Below, one piece after another: positions 47,820 through 63,274 of a DNA stretch of 64,000 nucleotides. A program made the position numbers and the translations under genes. Positions within the stretch are counted from its first letter, which is position 1. Each line of letters opens with the position of its first letter. The stretch lies in the NCBI RefSeq assembly GCF_009914755.1, contig NC_060932.1; one strand, given 5' to 3'. This DNA comes from the human T2T-CHM13v2.0 reference genome, Homo sapiens. The notes under the pieces were generated by a model, which was not told the origin of the DNA, ran no database searches, and worked only from the letters and a program-made list of their open reading frames with translations.

Positions 47820-48585
47820 AATCGCACACATTAAGTACCTCAGTGTTTATGTGTCAGAAGTCTGTGCACGGTTTAGCTGAGTCTTCTGCCCAGTCTCACA
47901 AGGCTACAAATCAAGGTGTTGGCTGGGTTACATTCTCATCTGGAGGCTGGACTAGGAAAGAATCTGCTTCCAAGCTCATTTGGGTTGTTGGCAGAACTAA
48001 TTTTCTGCAGCTATATGGCTGAGGTCCCTATTTTCTGACTGACTTTCAGCCAGGAGCTACTCTCATCTCCTAGGTGCAACCCAGAGTTCCTGCCACATGT
48101 CTCTCACATAGCAGCAGTTTACTAATTCTTCCTCCTGTTCTTTTTCCTCTTCTTATTCTCCTCCTCCTCCTCCATCTTCTTCATCTTCCTTCTTCCTTCT
48201 TTCTTCTTCTTTAAAATGGAGTTGGGGTCTAGCTCTATTGTCCAGGCTTCAGTGCAGTGGCATGATCATAGTTCACTATAACCGTGAACTCCTGAGCTCA
48301 AGTGATCCTCCTGCTTCAGCCTCCCAAAGTGCTGGGATTACAGTTGTGAATCACCACGCCCTGCTGGCAACTCACTTCTTTAAAGTCAACAAGGGCATTT
48401 CTCTCATTCCAATCTACTAAGATGGATCTTATATACTAGAATGTAATCATAACACTGACACCTCATCACCTTTGCTATATTCTACTGTTTCAAAGCAAGT
48501 TAAAAGTCCTGTCTGCATTTGAGGAGTAGGGATAATGTGGGAGGAAACACCATGGGAAAGAGATCATGTTTAAGAACTACCATGT
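47820..48585 (-). mobile_element. MLT1E-type LTR containing an Alu monomer (FAM/FRAM, about 48213-48365) with a pyrimidine-rich tail
   Basis: aatcaaggtgttggctggg...gaatctgcttccaagctcatt; monomer with CTT/CCT-rich tail at about 48127-48212. Confidence 0.7.
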
Positions 48586-50031
48586 TATTCTATCAGTTCT
48601 CTTAGTACCTATTGATGATTTTAATTTCTTGTGGCACACTTTAGTAGATAATTACAGCAGGCTATTGGATGTGAGTCTAAAGCTTTGGGGATGGGTCAAA
48701 GCAGGAGTCCCAGATGTTACCTTCAATATCATACAGATAATAATAAGAGTGAAAGAATAAAGGAAGATGTGGGTAAAATTTATAGTTAGAGTGTGGGATG
48801 GACTGGGAGAAGGCAAGTGTGAGATGACTTCAGGTGCCCTAAATTTTGTCTATTTATTATGTGGTGAGGATATTTGCCAAGACAAGTGGTTGGGGGGTCA
48901 GATAGGGAAGATTGAAGTAAGGGCACCAATTATGGAAAGTCACCAAGAGAAAGGAAAAAAGAGTTGGCAAAGGAAAATTTAAGAAAAGATTGTCACGCAG
49001 TTCTGGGGCCTAACAGAAGTCAAGGACATGAATTAATTATTATTAATTAATCATGGAAACTATGAATAAGATTGTTAATTTACTCTAGCAGTTCCCAGAA
49101 GTTCTGGGAAGGAAGAGAGAAAACAGTTAGAGGGACTTTGAGAATTGTGGTTGTGTTACTACCTCAAGGGTGGGAGAACAGTTTTGCCAAAGGAGTTGAG
49201 GGTATTTGTGAGCAAACTGCAGGTGATCAAGCTGTCTGAGAAGTAGAGAGCAAGTGGATGGAGAGGTTCAGACAGAGAAAGCCAATCAAAACTTTCAGGA
49301 GATCAATATAGTGAAAATATGAGCAATATAGAAGGATACAAGCTGTGCTGAGAGATTGTGATATTTGAGATCAAGATGTTTGATGTGGAATGATTCCATA
49401 TTATGAGAAAATCCTGTGGGCAGCTTTAGTTTGCAGGTAGCAGCAATATCAGGGAAACGAAGCTCTTCAGAGTTGAGCAGGGCAAGGAAGTATGAAGCTT
49501 AATGCATGGTTTGTCTAAGAATAAAGAGGTCACTATAGTTTCTTTCAAGTTGTTGAAAGGACAAGAGACAGGAAAAGACTATGCCACTGTCTGAAGTAAG
49601 GCTGTGAGATTAATCAGAGGCAAAAAGATGGTGATAATGAGTGATAATGAAGAGAAATGAGCAGTATAGCTAAGTGACATTTCCCATAAGAGAACAGACA
49701 CTTTTACTTTACTGTTGAGGCTTCTATCATAGAAGCAACACTGAACCAGGAGATCCAGCCCTGCTTCCACAGCCTGTGGTTGGTGGAACATGGGACATGG
49801 GGCAAGAGCATCCACCATCCCAGGAAGCTGCAGAGGAGGGAACGCTATTGTGGGAAGAATGGGGGCTGTGCTAAGACATGAAACGGGATATTTGAGGATG
49901 GAAGAGTGTTTATGTGGAAGGAAATGGCCCAGAGGAAGAGGAAAAATTTTAGAGGGAACGTATGGCAGGAAGGAAGAGAAAAGCATAGATGAATTTTTGG
50001 ATACTAATGAAACTGAAGGGGTTATAATTGA

Positions 50032-50407
<376 letters not shown>

Positions 50408-52462
50408 TGGTGCATCTTTTAATTAGCCAGAAAACGTCTCAATATTCAAAGTACATGGGTATCATACTTTTCAGAAATATCTGAAGATATCCTCTTGTTG
50501 CCTTTAAATATATTTAGCAACATGGGACACAACATTTTCTCCTTAAAAGTCTATCATTTAATATTGTGGAGGAGAATCTTGAAAACAGCCTTATTTTTAT
50601 TCCTTTGTGGGAATAAAAGACAAATTATTTTTCTTGAATACTTATGAATTTTTTTTTACTTCTGATATTCCAAATTTTACTGGAATGTCAACTATGATTT
50701 TTCGGGAAAATCTATTATGTGTAAGTTGAGTCTTATTTACTGTTCTCTGTTTTTCTCATTTCATTTGGCATTGTGTTTGCTTTTCTTTGTTGACTCTCTT
50801 TTAGAGAGGTGTATCAAGCAAAGTGTTTTCTCTGTGTCACTGATACAATTTTCTACACTATCAGTTTTCTCTTTCTGGCTTTGAATGCAAATTTAAATAT
50901 TGGTATTGCATTTTAGTTTCCTGTTGCTACTTCTTTATCTCATCTTCTTTTTATTATTTCTGTACACAGTTATATTTTTATTCATAGGTTGGTTAGCCTA
51001 TCTCCTCTCTAATTTCTTTTTGCTTCATTGAGTCCACTTTCTTTTATTTTTGTTGAGAAGACAAAATAGTCACAGTCACATTCCAACATTTAATAGCTTT
51101 CCATTATAAATATTTTTTAAAACTATGATTACCTCTCCATTGTGAATACTGTATTCTTGTTTTTTATTAAATGATTCTTAAAATAATATTTTCTCTTTTT
51201 ATTCAAACTTCAATGAGGAATGTTCTATCTAGTTCTAGATTTATCAACAAATAGTGTAGGTGGACTCTTCTTTGTTCTCTCTCCATATAGCTTGGAACTA
51301 TTTGGATTCTTTTCAAAATTTTAGAGAGGTGAAATCATGTTTACTATTAAAATTTTCAATATTAGTTGAATCCTTTAAGTTTCTGCAAAATTGATGCATG
51401 ACTTACTATCTCTTATCTCTTTTCAATGAACTGGATAAAAATATCATTGCTAAATTATTTGAATTAATATGGATTTTTTCTTGCTAGAAGCAGAGAATAA
51501 AGAAAGTCACAACATTCATTTCATTCCTCTCTGGCTCCTTTTAATATTCCTTTATATAAAGAGATGCTATATTTTATGACCAAGGTTTTTTTCTCCCATT
51601 ACCTATGTTGCATTAGAAGAATTTATAGTCCAAGAATGGATATAGAAAGACAAATTCTGAAAGACTGTAAAACAACATAAGGAGATGACTCCAAGGTTGA
51701 GGTGGACACCTAGAAATCTTCCATTCTCTTTTTGAATGGCCTATATCCTGTCTTAACCTTATCTATGGAAATACTTCCTGGGTTCTAGCAGACCGTGGAC
51801 AAATATTTATGTTCCTAATGCTTTAGAATTTTCATGCCTTTTTGGTATTTAATGGGATTTTGGAGGTGGACAAATTGGGTAACAGCTAGTTAAGTACAAC
51901 CTTAACATGAAAGTTTGAGGAATCCATTAATGTGTAATGGTGTATGTTAGTTATTTATAAGTGAGTAGCCAGAGAAAAGACTTATGAGGCATCCATAAAG
52001 CTAGGGTGGTTTTTAAATTTGTAAATTAAGACAAGAAGGCATAAAGAAACCCTACAGAATGCCACATAGATTAGAGGAATGGAAGATGAAGAAGGAATAA
52101 ATGAGTTGAAGAAAGAGTTATCAGGTGATATGGGGATGAGGAAAAAGATTGTTCTGTATAAAAACATGAAATTCTTGTAAAAGAAGTCAAGAGGGATGAA
52201 CTCTTGAAACACCCTTTAATTGTGGAATGGGCAAGACAGTGACCACCTTCTAAGGGGAATTTCAAAGTAACAATGTTGGTTGATTTAAATTTATCTTTCT
52301 TGCAAGAGAAGATAAATTGATTTGGGTGAATATCAATGATTTTACTTGTCATGATAGATAAGGTGGCATCAAGTGAGTGAAATTTACTGAAATGTTTATT
52401 TTTATTTACAACAGAATACCATGCTTTATTCCATGACATTCATAGAATGTTATTTTAATTGA

Positions 52463-52789
<327 letters not shown>

Positions 52790-53030
52790 AATTTCATAGT
52801 TTTATATGATATAATCTTAATCATATGCATATATAAACTGATTCATATCAGATTTAAAAGTCTAATTTACAGATGAAATTAAACAAGTAATACCTTTGCG
52901 TGGGTACATTATTTTTGATATGAGGTGACCTATATGTTTTGTCAAGTATATTTAATGACTTCGTGGACTTGGTTTTTGCTCAATCTTGAAATCACTTTGT
53001 TGCCATTTTATATATATTTTGTTTTAACAG

Positions 53031-53162
53031 AATCCAAAGGAACAAGAAGGGATTTCAGAAGCTATGATAAACCTTGGCAATTAAATGCAAAGAAGCCTAA
53101 AAAATCAAAAAGTGACCTTGCTGTGTCTAATATTTCTCCACCATCACCGGACTCCAAATCAT
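53031..53162 (+). CDS. C8orf34: Internal coding exon (132 nt, phase 1 to 1) of C8orf34/VEST1, probably exon 3
   Basis: Acceptor ttttgttttaacAG at 53029-53030 and donor CAT|GTaagg at 53163. G+AA completes a Glu codon from the previous exon. Encodes [44 protein letters not shown] (inside ORF 52925..53203). Confidence 0.93.
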
Positions 53163-53653
53163 GTAAGGAAGTCTCTTATTCAAATGCTATTCAAAGCATG
53201 TAAGTTTATGTTGTTAAGAAAATGAAGAAAAGGTATTAATTGAAGCCCAACTTTTCATCTGATATTTCTGGCCTTTAATCTTAGTGAATTTCACTTTTAC
53301 TCCGCATTTACATTGATCTTCATTCATACGTATGTATTTGCTTGCTTATATTCTCAAACATGTGTAATTCACTTGGACCCTTTTGAGTATAATATTCCTT
53401 GAAGAATATAAACTGCATGGAGCGGGTCTCTTGTTTCTCATAGCCAATTGTAGCATTACATCATATTGAAAGCAGTAGCTACCTATATTTAATGAAGTAT
53501 GTAAAAGCAAATTAAATCTCTTAGAATAGAAGCAAAGAAGATTTCTATTCAAAACATTTCATAAAATTTCTTAAAAAATATTTCATCTGGGATTTTCCTG
53601 AAGTCCTACTCATTAATTTGTGATGGAAGTCCCTATATTCTCTTCACTACTAC

Positions 53654-54073
53654 TGTAATATCTTTGTTTTTATGTTACTACAAAGGAATGACTGAGGTTG
53701 GGTATTTTATAAAGAAAAAAGGTTTATTTGGCTTACGGTTCTGCAGACTGTACAAGAAGCATGACACTAGCATCTGCTTCTTGTGAGAGCCGCAGGAAGC
53801 TTCCACTCATGGCAGAAGGTGAAGGGGTGCACGCATCATATGGCGAGAGGAAGGAGAAAGAGATAGCAGAGGGAGGTGCCAGGCTCTTTTTAACAGTCAG
53901 ATCTTGTAAGAACCAACAGAGTGAGAAGTCACTCCTTACCATGAGGACAGCACCAAGCCACTCATGAGGGATTGACCCCCATAACCCAAATACCTTCCAC
54001 CAGGCCCCACCTCCGATATTGGTGATCAAATTTACCATGTGATTTGGAGAGGACAAATATCCAAGCTATACCA
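53654..54073 (-). mobile_element. Solo MSTB-type MaLR LTR
   Basis: ggtttatttggcttacggttctgcagactgtacaagaagcatg...gaggacaaatatccaagctatacca. Confidence 0.85.
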
Positions 54074-55039
54074 CCTAAGTATCCCTTCTCTCTCAATGGC
54101 CTACTGCTTTGGTAGCTACTGGGATTCTCCAGTGCTCTGCTATCCCCACATATGTATAAACATGTCAAAAATCTCAGGAGCCTCTAGCAAATCACAGCTA
54201 TTCTTGGAAGAAAAGAGAACTTGCAAGCTGTTCTTCTTATACATCAATTCCTTGTGCTTGTTACAGGGTGAGATGTTTGATTTTAGTTTCAACAGAGAAA
54301 GGAGTAGGCAGAAAATATTTATCTTTGTTTGAAAATGTTTGAAAAACCACTATGTGCTAACTGGAATCTGCATCTGGGTCATTTGTGAAAGCAACTAAAT
54401 TTAACTTTGTGAGCAGCTTCATTTACATAGTGGTACTCATAAAAAGTATTGCATTAACCACACCAAGTTCTTGTGAGAATTATATGAAGTGTTAACAACT
54501 TAAAATGTTCTTCAGAAATTGTGATTGTAACCAAATTGTCCTGCTTCATCAGTTTGGTATATAGAATTAGGTCCCAACATTTTAAAAAATATACAAGTTT
54601 AAAATTTGCAGGTCTTTTTTACAACAGTATAGCCAGTAATATCCAGCACAGTGCCTGTTTCAATTAATAAATGCTAAATGATAAAAATGAATAAAGGAAG
54701 AAATAAAAAATGAATAAAGTCTCAGTATCCCTTTTCATCATGGATCCCTACCTCTCTCTCTTTTTATTCTTGCTTTCTTCCAATGATAAGTTCAAAACCT
54801 TAGGAGATTAGTAAATTACAGAATCAGTTCTGAATTTGACCACTTCATCATTACAGGGAGAATGCCTAAAGGTCCACTCATTGTGCAGGTCCTGTGTTCT
54901 TTGTAGGATGCTATGTAGCCACAGGGTGCTGCTGGTGGTCTGGAGTCTGAATATATTCCTTTTTACTCAGGTAACCTACTCCCAACCTCTAGTTTCACTA
55001 GACTGTTACCAAGCTTTTTAAAGCAAAAATAATAATAAA

Positions 55040-55930
55040 ATAGCATACTTTTTTTTAAAAAATAGCATATGTAGAATTAATATATATGACAATAAGAATA
55101 CAACAGATTTAGGGTTATTCTTTGGAAATACTTGTTAAAACAAATTATTTCTGAAGTAGTAAAATATCTCTGTACGTAGATTGTGATGAGTTAAAGATGC
55201 ATTTTTCATCTCTAAAGCATCACTAAGAACTAGCACAAAATGCTCAAATTAAAAATTAGTAGACACATTAGAATAGGATGTGAAAAAAGTATTCATCCTC
55301 ACAAAACAAAGGCAGGAGAAAAGTAACAGGGAAACAAAGAACAGATTGGAAAAATAGAAATTGGACACCAATATTGTAAGTTGAAGTACAGACGTGCCCA
55401 CAATTATAGTAAATATAAATGTACTAAACATTCCAATTAAAGCAAATATTGTCAGACTGAATAAAGAGTATAGATTTTTTAAAATATAAGAAACATACTT
55501 AAAACATGCAGATACAAACAGTTTGAAACTCCAACAAAAAGAAGCCTATATGGCTAAAGTAATATCAAACCAAATAAAAATTTAAGATAAAGGATATTAC
55601 CAGAGATAAAGAGACCATATCATAATCATAAAAGGTTATTTAATTAAGAAGACATCATAATACTAAAGCGTTATGCACCCAATAACAGAAGTTTCTCAAT
55701 ACATGACACAAAAATTTATAGAACTAAAGGAAGATATAAACAGAATAAATTGACTGAAAAAATTTAGTAAGAATATAGACAATTTGAACAAGACTATCAA
55801 CTGCATTGACTTAATTAATATTTATAAACACTATGCTCAACAAAGTTAGTCACATGGAAAAACAAACAAACAAACAAACACAACTTTGATCCTTACCTTA
55901 AATCATACCTGAAGAGAGGCAAAAACTTTT
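55040..55930 (+). mobile_element. Ancient L1M remnant (ORF2 endonuclease region)
   Basis: aaatgtactaaacattccaattaaa; taccagagataaagagac; tatgcacccaataacaga. Confidence 0.6.
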
Positions 55931-55974
55931 TAGAGATGTTCCAGTTACTATGGTTTATAACAAATCACGCCAAG

Positions 55975-58900
55975 ACTTTTTTTTACATAAAATTAACATA
56001 AGATTAACCATCCTAAAATGTACAATTCAGTGGCATTCAGTACATTCACAATATTATGCTACCTAGCCCCTATCTAGTTTGAAAACATTTTCATCATCCC
56101 AAAAGGAAATCATGTACCCAGTAAGTAGTGACTCAACGTTCCCACCTCCTACCAGCCCCTGGCAACCTGCTTTTTGTCTCTATGAATGTATCTATTCTGG
56201 ATACTGGCATAACTTGGAGATATTGTGGGTTCAGTTCCAGGCCACTGCAATAAAGTGAATATCACAATATCAGTCGCACAATTTTTTTTTGTTTCCCAGC
56301 ACATAAAAAAGTTATATTTATATTCTACTCTACTGTAGTCTAGTGTGAAACAACATTATGTATAAGAAAACAATGTACATATTTTAAATAAAATACTTTA
56401 TTGCCAAAGATTCGAACAATCATCTGAGCTTTCAATGAGTCATAATCATTTTGCTGGTGAAGACCCTTGCCTTGACATTGATGGCTGTGGACAGATCAGG
56501 GTGTTGGCTACTGAAGGTTGAGGTATCTTTAGCAATTTCCTAAAATGAGACAACAATGAAGTTTGCCAATGGACTCATGGAGCCAATAGACTCTTCTTTT
56601 CATGAAAAAGTTATTCATAATATGTGATGCTATTTGGTAGCATTGTACACAGAGTAGAACTTCTTTCAGAATTGGAGTCAATCCTCTTAAACCCTGTCAC
56701 TGCTTTATCAACTAAGTTGATGCAATATTTTAAGTTGATGCAGTATTTTAAGTCACTGCTTTATCAACTAAGCTGATGTAACATTTTAACAATATTCACA
56801 ACATCTTCACCTAGAGTAGATTCTATTTGAAGAAACCACTTTTTTTCCACTCATCCATAAGAAGCATCTCCTCATCCATTCAATGTCTATCATGAGATTG
56901 TGGCAATTCAGTCACATCTTCAGATGCCACTTCTATTTCTAGTTCTCTTGCTATTTCCACCATATATTCAGTTACTTCCTTCACTGAAGTCTTGGACACT
57001 TCAAAGTCATCCATGAGGGTTGACATTAACTTCTTCCAAACTCCTGTTAATATAAATATTTTGATCTCCTCCCATGAATCACAAATGTTCTTAATGGCAT
57101 CTAGAATGGTAAATCTTTTTAATGAAGTTTTTCAAGTTATTTGCCCCCAGATCCGTCAGAGGAATCAATATCTATGGCAGATATACCTGTATAAAATATA
57201 TTTCTTAGGTAATAAGACTTGAAAGTCCAGATAACTTCTTGATTCATGGACTGCAGAATAGATATTGTGTTAACAGACACGAAAATATTAATCTCCTTGT
57301 ACATTGCCATCAGCACTCTGGAGTGACTGGGTGCATTTTCAATGAGCAGTAACATTTTGAAAGGAAGCTTTTCTTCTTAGCAGTAGGTCTCAAGATCGGG
57401 CTTAAAATGATCAGTAAACCATGCTGGAAACGGATGTGCTGTCATCCAGGCTTTGTTGTTTTATCTGTAGAGCACAGACAGAGTAGATATAGCATAATTC
57501 TTAAGGTCCCCAGGATTTTTGGAATGGTGAATAAGCATTGACTTCAACTTAAAGTCACCAGCTGCATTAGCCCCTGATAAGAGAGTCAGCCTATCCTTTG
57601 AAACTTGAAGCCAGGCATTGACTTCTCTCTAGCTATGAAAGTCCTGAATGGCATCTTGTTCCAACATGAGACTGTTTTGTCTACATTGACAATCTGTTTT
57701 TTAGTGTAGCCACCTTCATCAACTATCTTAGCTAGATCTTCTCGATTGGTGTGGCTTTTCCATCAGCACTTGCTACTTCATCTTACACGTTTGTGTTATG
57801 GAGATGGCTTATTTCCTTAAACCACATGAACCAACATCTGCTAGCTTTCAAATTTTCTTCTGCAGATTCCTCAGCTTTCGTGGAATTGAGGAGAGTTAGG
57901 ACCTTGCTTTGGATTAGACCTTGGCTTAATGGAATGTTGTGGCTGATTTGATCTTCTATCCAGACCACTCAGACTTTCTCCATATCAGCAATAAGCTTCT
58001 TTCACTTTCTTATCATTCGTGTGTTTACTGGAATAGCACTTATAATTTTCTTCAAGAACTTTTCATTTGCATTCGCTACTTGGCTAAATGTTCGGCACCA
58101 GAGGCCTAGCTTTCAGCCTACCATGTCTTTCAACATGCTTTCCTCACTAAGCTTAATCATTTCTATCTTTTGCAGAGACCTGCAACTCTTCCTTTCACTT
58201 GAACACTTAGAGGCCATTGTACGGTTTTAGATTGGCCTAATTTCAAAATTGTTGTGTTTCAGGGAATAGGGAAGCCCAAGGTGAAGGAGAGAGGTGAGGG
58301 AATGGCTAGTCAGTGGAGTAGAGAGAACACACACATTTATTGATTAAGTTCACCATCTTACATGGGTGTGGTTTGTGGCACCTGAAAACAATTACAATAG
58401 TAATATCAAAGATCACTGATCACTGGTCACCATCACAGATATAATAATAATGGAAAAAATTTAAAATATTGTGAGATTTACCAAAATATTACACAGAGGC
58501 ACAAAACGAGCACATGCTGTTGGAAAAATTAAGCTGATAGACTTGTTCAATGCAGGGTCCCCACGAATGTTTACTTTGTAAAAAAAACAACAAAAAAATT
58601 ATCTGCAAAGCATTATAAAGTGAAATACAGTAAAGCAAGGTATTCCTGTATATCATACGAGTGAAATCACAATGTATGACCTTTTGTCTCTGACTTATTT
58701 ACTTAGCATGTTTTTGTGGTTTATCTACATTGTGGTGGTATGCACACTACTTCAGTCCTTTTCGTGGCTGAATAATATTCCATTGTGTGGTTAAACCACA
58801 TTTTGTTTATCCATTCATCTGCTGATGGGTATTTTGTTTGCTTCTATCTTTTAGCTATCTTGAATCATATTGCTATGAGTGTTCATATACAAGCATTTTT

Positions 58901-61900
58901 ATTACCTTTTTCATTATTTGGATAATAATTGATATTATATAATATAAATAATATAATAATTTATATTACTGTGTACTTGATTTGCTGGGTTATATGATAA
59001 TTCTATGTGTAACTTCGAGGAGCTGCCAACTTTTTTTCAAAGAAGCTGCACCATTTCACATGCTTACTAGCAATATACAAGGGTTTCAATTCTTCATGTA
59101 TTTACCAAATCTTGTTATTTTCCTTTCTTTCCTTTCCTTTTTTAAAAAAATTTACAGCCATCCAGTTGGATGTTAAGTGGTATCTCATTGTTGTCTTGAT
59201 TTGCATTTCCCTAAAGGTTAATAGTTTTGAGCATCTTTTCAAGTGTTTCTTGGCCATTTGAATATCTTCTCTGGAAAAATGACTATTCATACACTTAGCT
59301 CATTTTTAAGGGGGTTGTTACTCTTTATTCTTGAGTTATGAGAGTTTTTTGTATTCTGGCTACTAGATCCTTATCAGAGATATGATTTATGAATATTTTT
59401 TCCACTTGGGGGGATTATGTTTTTACTTCATTAACAGTGTCATTTTATGTACATCAGTTTTTAATTTTGATGAAGCTCAATTGATCTATTTTCCTTTTTT
59501 TTTTGGCTTGTGTTTTTGGTGTCATATCTAAGAAACTCTTGCCAAATCCAAGGTCATAATGACTTATCTCTATAATTTCTTCTAAGAGTTATAGTTTATG
59601 CTCTTACATGTGGGTAGTTGTTCCATTTTGAGTTAATTTTTGCATATAGCAGATGATGGGTGTCCAACTCCATTTTTTGCCATGTGGATAATCAGTTGTC
59701 TCAGTACCAATTTTTTGAAAATACTATTCTTTCCTCATTGAATAATCTTGTCACCCCATTGAAAATCGATTAACCATGAATACGAGGGTTTATTTTTAGA
59801 CTCTCAATTCCATTCCATTAAGCTATATGTTTATCCTTTTGTGAGTACCACACACACTGTTTTGATAACTGTAGTTTTGTGATAAGTTTTGAAATTGGGA
59901 AGTATGAGTCCTCTGACTTTATTTTTCTCTTTTTCTCTCTCAGGATTGTTTAGGCTACTCTGAGTGCCCTGAAGTTCTATATGAATTTTAGAGTCAGTTG
60001 TTTAAAATATTTCTGCATAAAGGCCATTTGGATTTTCTTAGGAAATGCGTTGAATCTGTGGATCACTTTGGAGAGTACTGGGAACATAACAAGGTTTCCA
60101 ATTCATGAGCATGTAATGTCTTCATTTATTTAGATCCCCTTTAATTTTGTTAAACAATGTTTTGTAGTTTTTGGTGTACAAGACTGGCATGTCCTTGGTT
60201 AAATTTATTCCAGAGGATCTTATTCCTTCAGATGCTATCGTAAATGGAATTGTTTCTTATTTTCATTTTTAGATTGTCATTGCCAGGGTGTAGAAATAAA
60301 ACTGATTTTTGTATTTTGATTTTATTTCCCAAAATTTTGCTGAACTAGTTTATTAGTTCTAACACTTTATTGTGAATTCTTTAGGACTCTCAAAAGATCA
60401 GATTATGCCATCTGAATATAGAGATAGTTTAACTTCTTCCTTTCCAATTTGGTTGCCTTTTATTTTTCTTTTCTTGCCTAATTGCCCCAGCTAGAAATTC
60501 CAATACAAGGTTGAACAGAAGTGATGAAAGCAGGAAGGTATCCTTTTCTCATTATTCATCTTAAGGGAAATACTTTTGGTCTTGTATCATGGGGTGTGGT
60601 GTTAGCTGTGAGTTTTTCCAAAATGCCTTTTATCATGTTGAGAAAGTTCTCTTCTATTCCTAGTTTGTTGGATATTTTTATGATGGAAGTGTGTCGCATT
60701 TTTTTCCAGTGCTTTTTCTCGATCAATTGAGATAATCATGCAGTTTTTCTTATCATTCCGTTAATATGATGTGTTACATTTTATAATTTTCTTAAGTAAC
60801 CCTTGAATTCCTAGGATAAATACTTGGTCGTGATGTATAATCCTTTTAATATGCTGCTGGATTTAGTTTGTTAGTCTTTTATTGAGGATTTTACATCTAC
60901 ATTCATAAAAGATATTGGTCTGTAATCTTCTTTTCTGGTAATGTCTTTATCTGTGGTACTGGGCCAATGCTGGCCTCTTAGAATAAATCAGAATGTGTTC
61001 CCTGTTCTTCAGATTTTTTTGGAAGAATAGATAAAACTTGGTGTTAATTCTTCTTTAAATGCTGGGTTGAATTTACCAGGGAAGCCGCTTTATCCTGGCC
61101 TTGTCCTTGTTGGGAGATTTCTTTATTACCGAGTCAAAATCTTTACTTGTTATAAGTCTATTCTGATATTCTATTTCCTCTTGAGTCAGTATTGGTAGTT
61201 TGCATGTTTCTAGAAATTTTCTAAGTCATCCAGTTTGTTGGCATACAATTGTTTATAGTATTCTCTTACAATACTTTTTAATTTTCTTAAAGTTTGTAGT
61301 AATGTCTCACTTTTGTTTCTAATTTTAATAATTTGAGTTTTCTTTTTCAATCAATCTAGCTAAAGTTTTCTTAACTTTTTCATCTTTCTAAAGAACCAAC
61401 TTTTGGTTTTGCTGATTTTCTCTATTGTTTTTCTATATTCTGTTTCATTGATCTCTGCTTTAACCTTTACTATTTTCATCCTTTTGGTAGCTTGGGTTTA
61501 TTACGCTCTTCTTTTTCTACTTCCTTAAGGTGTAAAGTTAGATTATTGATTTGACATCTTTCTTCTTTATTAATGGGGACATTTACTGCTATAAATTTCT
61601 ATCTGAGCACTGCTTCCACTGCATACCTTAAGGTTCGGTATGTTGTTTTCATATTTTTTTTTGTCACAAAGTATTTTCTAATTTATCTTGTGATTTCTTC
61701 TTTGTCTCATTCATTATAAATGAGAATATTGTTTAATTTTCCCATATTTGTGAATTTCCCATTTTTCTTTTTCCTTTGACTTCTAGTTTTATTCTTTTGT
61801 TGTCAGAGAAGATACTTGGTATGATTTCAATCCTTTAAAATTTTTGAGATTATTTTGTTGCCTAACATAAGATCTCTCCTAGAGAATGTTCCATGCACAC

Positions 61901-62290
61901 TTGAGAAGAATGTGTATTCTTGTTAAGTGGAATGTTCTGTGTACATCTGTTAGGTCTTACTGGTTTACAGTGTTGTTCAAGTCCTTCATGTCTTTATTGG
62001 TCTTCCTTCTATTTGCTCCGTTATCGAAAGTGGGGATTTTAAAGTCCACTATTCTTATTATAGTGCCCTCTAACTCCTTAAATTATGTCAATATTTCCTT
62101 CCTATATTTTAAGGCTCTGCAGCTAGGTGTTTATATGTTTATAATTATTATATCTTCTTGATAGATTATCCTTTTTATCACTATATAATGCCCTTCTTTG
62201 CCTCCTATAATGATTTTTGTCCTAAAATCTATTTTGTTTGATATTAGGGCAGCCACCCAGCTCTCTTTTCATTAATATTTGCATGGAATA
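55975..62290 (-). mobile_element. L1MB-type LINE-1 interrupted by Tigger1
   Basis: 3' end aaaatgtacaattcagtggcattcagtacattcacaat; ORF2 remnants (ORF 59102..59290); the flanks of Tigger1 rejoin as ctattctggata|tatcata. Confidence 0.8.
56204..58648 (-). mobile_element. Full-length Tigger1 (pogo-like DNA transposon), decayed transposase
   Basis: TA|ctggcataacttg...caaggtattcctg|TA, 2445 bp; CENP-B HTH remnant (ORF 57783..57968) and DDE remnant LLLIENAPSH (ORF 57137..57355). Confidence 0.93.
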
Positions 62291-62666
62291 TCTTTTGATC
62301 ATTATTCCTTTATTATTCTTTCTCTTCTGTTCTTTTAGTATTACCATTATATGTCAGCACATTATACATGTAGATCAAGTAAAAAAACTATTGACTCAAT
62401 CAATAACTGAATGCTATTCGATACAAATTTACATCTATTTCTTATTGTAAATATAATGAGGTTAAAACTCTTTAGGAATAGAAGGATATTTTCTTAACTA
62501 AAATATTGCCTGGAATAAATATTTATAGAATAAAACCAAAAAAATTTCTGAGTATTGTTCATATGTTTTAAAGAAAAAAGGAAAAAGACATAAATATTTT
62601 AATAGTAATTAACTTCTGTGGGTAGAAAAAAACAGTTATCAATTCATTAAAAAAAAATTTCTGTCT

Positions 62667-62990
<324 letters not shown>

Positions 62991-63274
62991 TTAAAATAGC
63001 TACTATATATTAATCAGAAGAACTTTCTGAAGAAAAAAGCAACTTCTTAGCCCATTCAAAAGATTGTGAGCTTGGTAGAATGTAATATCTTCAGTGCAGA
63101 GTGTTTTGTTACCTTAATCCCCATTTATATAGAACAGTGACAAACACATAATTTATGCTATGTGAATGAGTGCATAAAAGGTTGAATGAATAAATGAATA
63201 AATGAGGATAATGTAAAGATGGATTTTTACTAAAATGTATTCTAGCCCTTATGTAATATTAATTTAGAAATTGT

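Noticed and set aside
52925-53203. Stand-alone 92-aa gene
   Set aside because: The ORF is the C8orf34 exon plus flanking intron, and it starts at GTG rather than ATG
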